DNA of 64,000 bases from the NCBI RefSeq assembly GCF_006345805.1, contig NC_042998.1, positions 35,836,001 through 35,900,000 of the forward strand. Direction: 5' to 3'. Below, piece by piece: positions 61,553 through 64,000 of the stretch; positions within the stretch are counted from its first letter, which is position 1, and the number at the start of each line of letters is the position of its first letter. The position numbers and the translations under genes were made by a program. Source of the DNA: Octopus sinensis. Lineage: Eukaryota. The notes under the pieces were generated by a model, which searched no databases, was not told where the DNA came from, and was given only the letters and a program-made list of their open reading frames with translations.

Positions 61553-61770
61553 CCCTTTTGGCATTCAGATTATCCTGTCAGACGTTAATCCTTATTTATT
61601 CCCATTGTTTTGAATTAATCATGCATTATCTCATAGCTTCAAGATTTTGATGACATGATAGTTTATTTCTAAAATGACATTGCAGGGTAGGTGTGAAAGG
61701 CCAGATCTGGTCACTTTAAACATAAAACAGAATATTTTAGCTAGACACGACCAGTTTAAATGCTAAAGGG
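61553..61770. mobile_element. piggyBac-type MITE (~218 bp)
   Basis: CCCTTTTGGCATT ... AATGCTAAAGGG ends with TTAA-like flanks. Confidence 0.7.
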
Positions 61771-61887
61771 TGAAACAAATCAATATTTCATTTTTAGTTG
61801 CTTGGTTTGTCTCAGATTTTTTTTTCCAAAAATCTTATGAAACTGAATAAAAAACTTTTCTTTTGAATTTCTTTTTTTTTCTTTTAG

Positions 61888-62040
61888 GCTGAAAAAGTGT
61901 TTGCTGAATTGCGTGAATTGGAACCGTACCACATGGAAGGGATGGATCTATACAGTACTGCTCTTTGGCAGCTACAGCGTGAAGTAGAATTGTCTGCTCT
62001 GGCACAAGAACTCACAGAAATGAATAAAAATGCTCCTGAG
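61888..62040 (+). CDS. CDC27: CDC27 exon 13 (gene continues beyond window)
   Basis: tag|GCT...GAG|gtattg; AEKVFAELRELEPYHMEGMDLYSTALWQLQREVELSALAQELTEMNKNAPE. Confidence 0.96.
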
Positions 62041-62159
62041 GTATTGTAAATCAGTTTGGTGACTCGATCATTGCGGGGGATGGGGTGGGGGGTGAACTTT
62101 GCCATTAGACCCCCTGTAATGTTGGAGCAATGCCTTGAAGAATTTTCAGTTATTCTTTT

Positions 62160-63008
62160 CTAGGCCTGCTACTCTGTCAGTCTCTTTTTGCTAAACGGTG
62201 AAGTTATGAGAATGTAAACACACTAACACCGGTTGTTGAGGCGGCAGGGGCCAAACACCGATACAAAGACACCCCCTCACATCCACACATGCATACATAT
62301 ATACGATGGGCTGCTTTCAGTTTCTAAATTCATTCACATTCTACCCAATCTACTCACAAAAGTTTTGGTCAGCCTGAAGCTATAGTAGAAGACACTTGCC
62401 CAAGGTAGCACACAGTGGGACTGAACCCGGAACCATGTGGTTGGGAAGCAAGCTTCTTACCATACAGCCACGCTTGAATCTAGCATGCAATTTTGTAATT
62501 GAATTTATGATTTTGCCGATTTCAGTCTGTGCTTTGTCAGATTTAATGACTTGGTGTGTGTGTGTTAATTTCAGGTTTCTCTTTTTGCTCTTTTATTCTT
62601 TTACTTGTTTCAGTCATTTGACTGTGGCCACACTGGAGCACCACCTTTAGCCGATCAAATCGTCCCCAGGGCTTATTCTTTATAAGCTTAGTACTTATTC
62701 TATTGGTCTCTTTAGCTGAACCTCTAAGTTACGGGGATGTAAACACCAGCATCAGTTGTCAAGCGATGTTGGAGCAGCAAACTTAGACTCACACACATAC
62801 ACACACACACACACACACACATACACACACACATATATACGACAGGCTTCTTTCAGTTTCTGTTTACCAAATCATCCACTCACAAGGCGCTCTGGTCGAC
62901 CTGAGGCTATGGTAGAAAACACTTGCCCAAGGTCCCATGCAGTGGGACTGAACCCGGAACCATGTGGTTGGTAAGCAAGCCACTTACCACACAGCCACTC
63001 CTGCGCCT
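62160..63008 (-). mobile_element. Two family B SINEs (62160-62470, 62585-63008)
   Basis: Reverse-complement heads ...cttaccacacagccactcctgcgcc; internal (CA)n. Confidence 0.85.
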
Positions 63009-63432
63009 ATAAACATAAAGACAGATGAAATACCACTAAGCATTTCACCCAGCATGCAAACGTTTCTGCCAACTCGCTGCCGTAGTAATTTTTTGTTGAT
63101 TTTAGTTGGAATGAAGGATAACTTCGTAGCAAGCACCATGCTTTGGCTAATCGTTTTAGGTGTGTTGTTATTATCAGATTACGTATAATTAGTTGAAATT
63201 TATATTTGGTGATTGTTGCAATTGTTTTTGGAGTCTGTGAAGCTACTTTGGGATTATTGTTGTTCGTAAGATTTATTCGGTTACATGTTTGAATACATCT
63301 TTAACAATTGACTGATTCTTGTATGAAATACATAACTGACTGAAATACACGTAAGATGTCTTAGAGATCTGGAAAGTTTGTAGTTGCTCTAGGATAATAC
63401 TTAGGATATTGGTCTGTTACCTTTCTTGAGAG

Positions 63433-63650
63433 ATCATCCTTTAACGTCTGTTTTCCATGATGGCATGGGTTGGACAGTTTAACAGGAGCTGAAAAGCTGC
63501 GCCAGGCTCCAGTTGTCTGTTTTGGCATATTTTCCATGGCTGGACGCCCTTCCATATGCCAACCACTTTATAAAGTGTACTGGGTGCTCTTTTACGTGGC
63601 ACAGGTGCTTTATATGTGACCCTGGCACCAGTGCTTTTATGTGTCACCAT
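63433..63650 (-). mobile_element. Family A RTE 3' end (older)
   Basis: tttaacgtctgttttccatgatggcatgggttggacag...ggacgcccttcc. Confidence 0.7.
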
Positions 63651-63732
63651 TGCTGTCTTACTATAGAGGCGATACTTGGCCACCCCAGTAGGACAAGGAA
63701 GGAGAAGGAAAGTGGGAGAAAGAGAAAAATAA

Positions 63733-63773
<41 letters not shown>

Positions 63774-63827
63774 GATGGTGTTGAAGATGTTTGGGTGCCT
63801 ATCCACAAGAATAGTGGTTGGGTACCG

Positions 63828-63985
63828 AGGTTCAAATTCCACTGAGGTCGACTTTACCTTTCATCCTTTCGGGGTCGATAAATTAAGTACCAGTTGCACT
63901 GGGGTCGATGTAATCGACTTAATACCTATGTCTGTCCTTGTTTGTCCCCTCTATGTTTAGCCCCTTGTGGGTAATAAAGAAATAG
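63828..63985 (+). mobile_element. Family C SINE, 5'-truncated
   Basis: ttcaaattccactgaggtcgacttt...ccccttgtgggtaataaagaaata. Confidence 0.82.
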
Positions 63986-64000
63986 GTATAGAGGAGGGAT

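Noticed and set aside
560-63960. Many 60-200 aa ORFs in the supplied track (for example the FLQLDALPNANH and GTEPGTMWL repeats, and 56381-56983)
   Set aside because: Chance translations of families A, B and C and of the minisatellite; they occur in both orientations with no splice or protein-family support

Overview
Eukaryotic, AT-rich, repeat-dense genomic DNA whose repeat content suggests a cephalopod (Octopus-like) genome; the taxon is an inference. Two spliced protein-coding genes lie on the + strand. The first is the last three coding exons of an SLC35F5-like transporter (202-292, 2967-3124, 15263-15338). The second is the first 13 coding exons of CDC27/APC3 (ATG at 30895 to 62040, 1689 nt = 563 codons, continuing past the window), preceded by a CpG-rich promoter and an A-A-B-A-B-A tandem array. 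Most six-frame ORFs are spurious translations of repeats. Introns and intergenic DNA hold 5'-truncated RTE LINE 3' ends, several tRNA-headed SINE families, CR1/L2 and R4-like LINE fragments, piggyBac, hAT and mariner derivatives, non-autonomous Helitrons and microsatellites. The main observation is a tRNA(Arg)-headed SINE-like element that carries a Penelope-type minimal hammerhead ribozyme and inserts as head-to-head palindromic dimers bounded by target-site-like direct repeats (4 loci). A second, unrelated hammerhead-bearing element with inverted and permuted arms lies at 12358-13035. Repeat boundaries are approximate; exon boundaries were read base by base.
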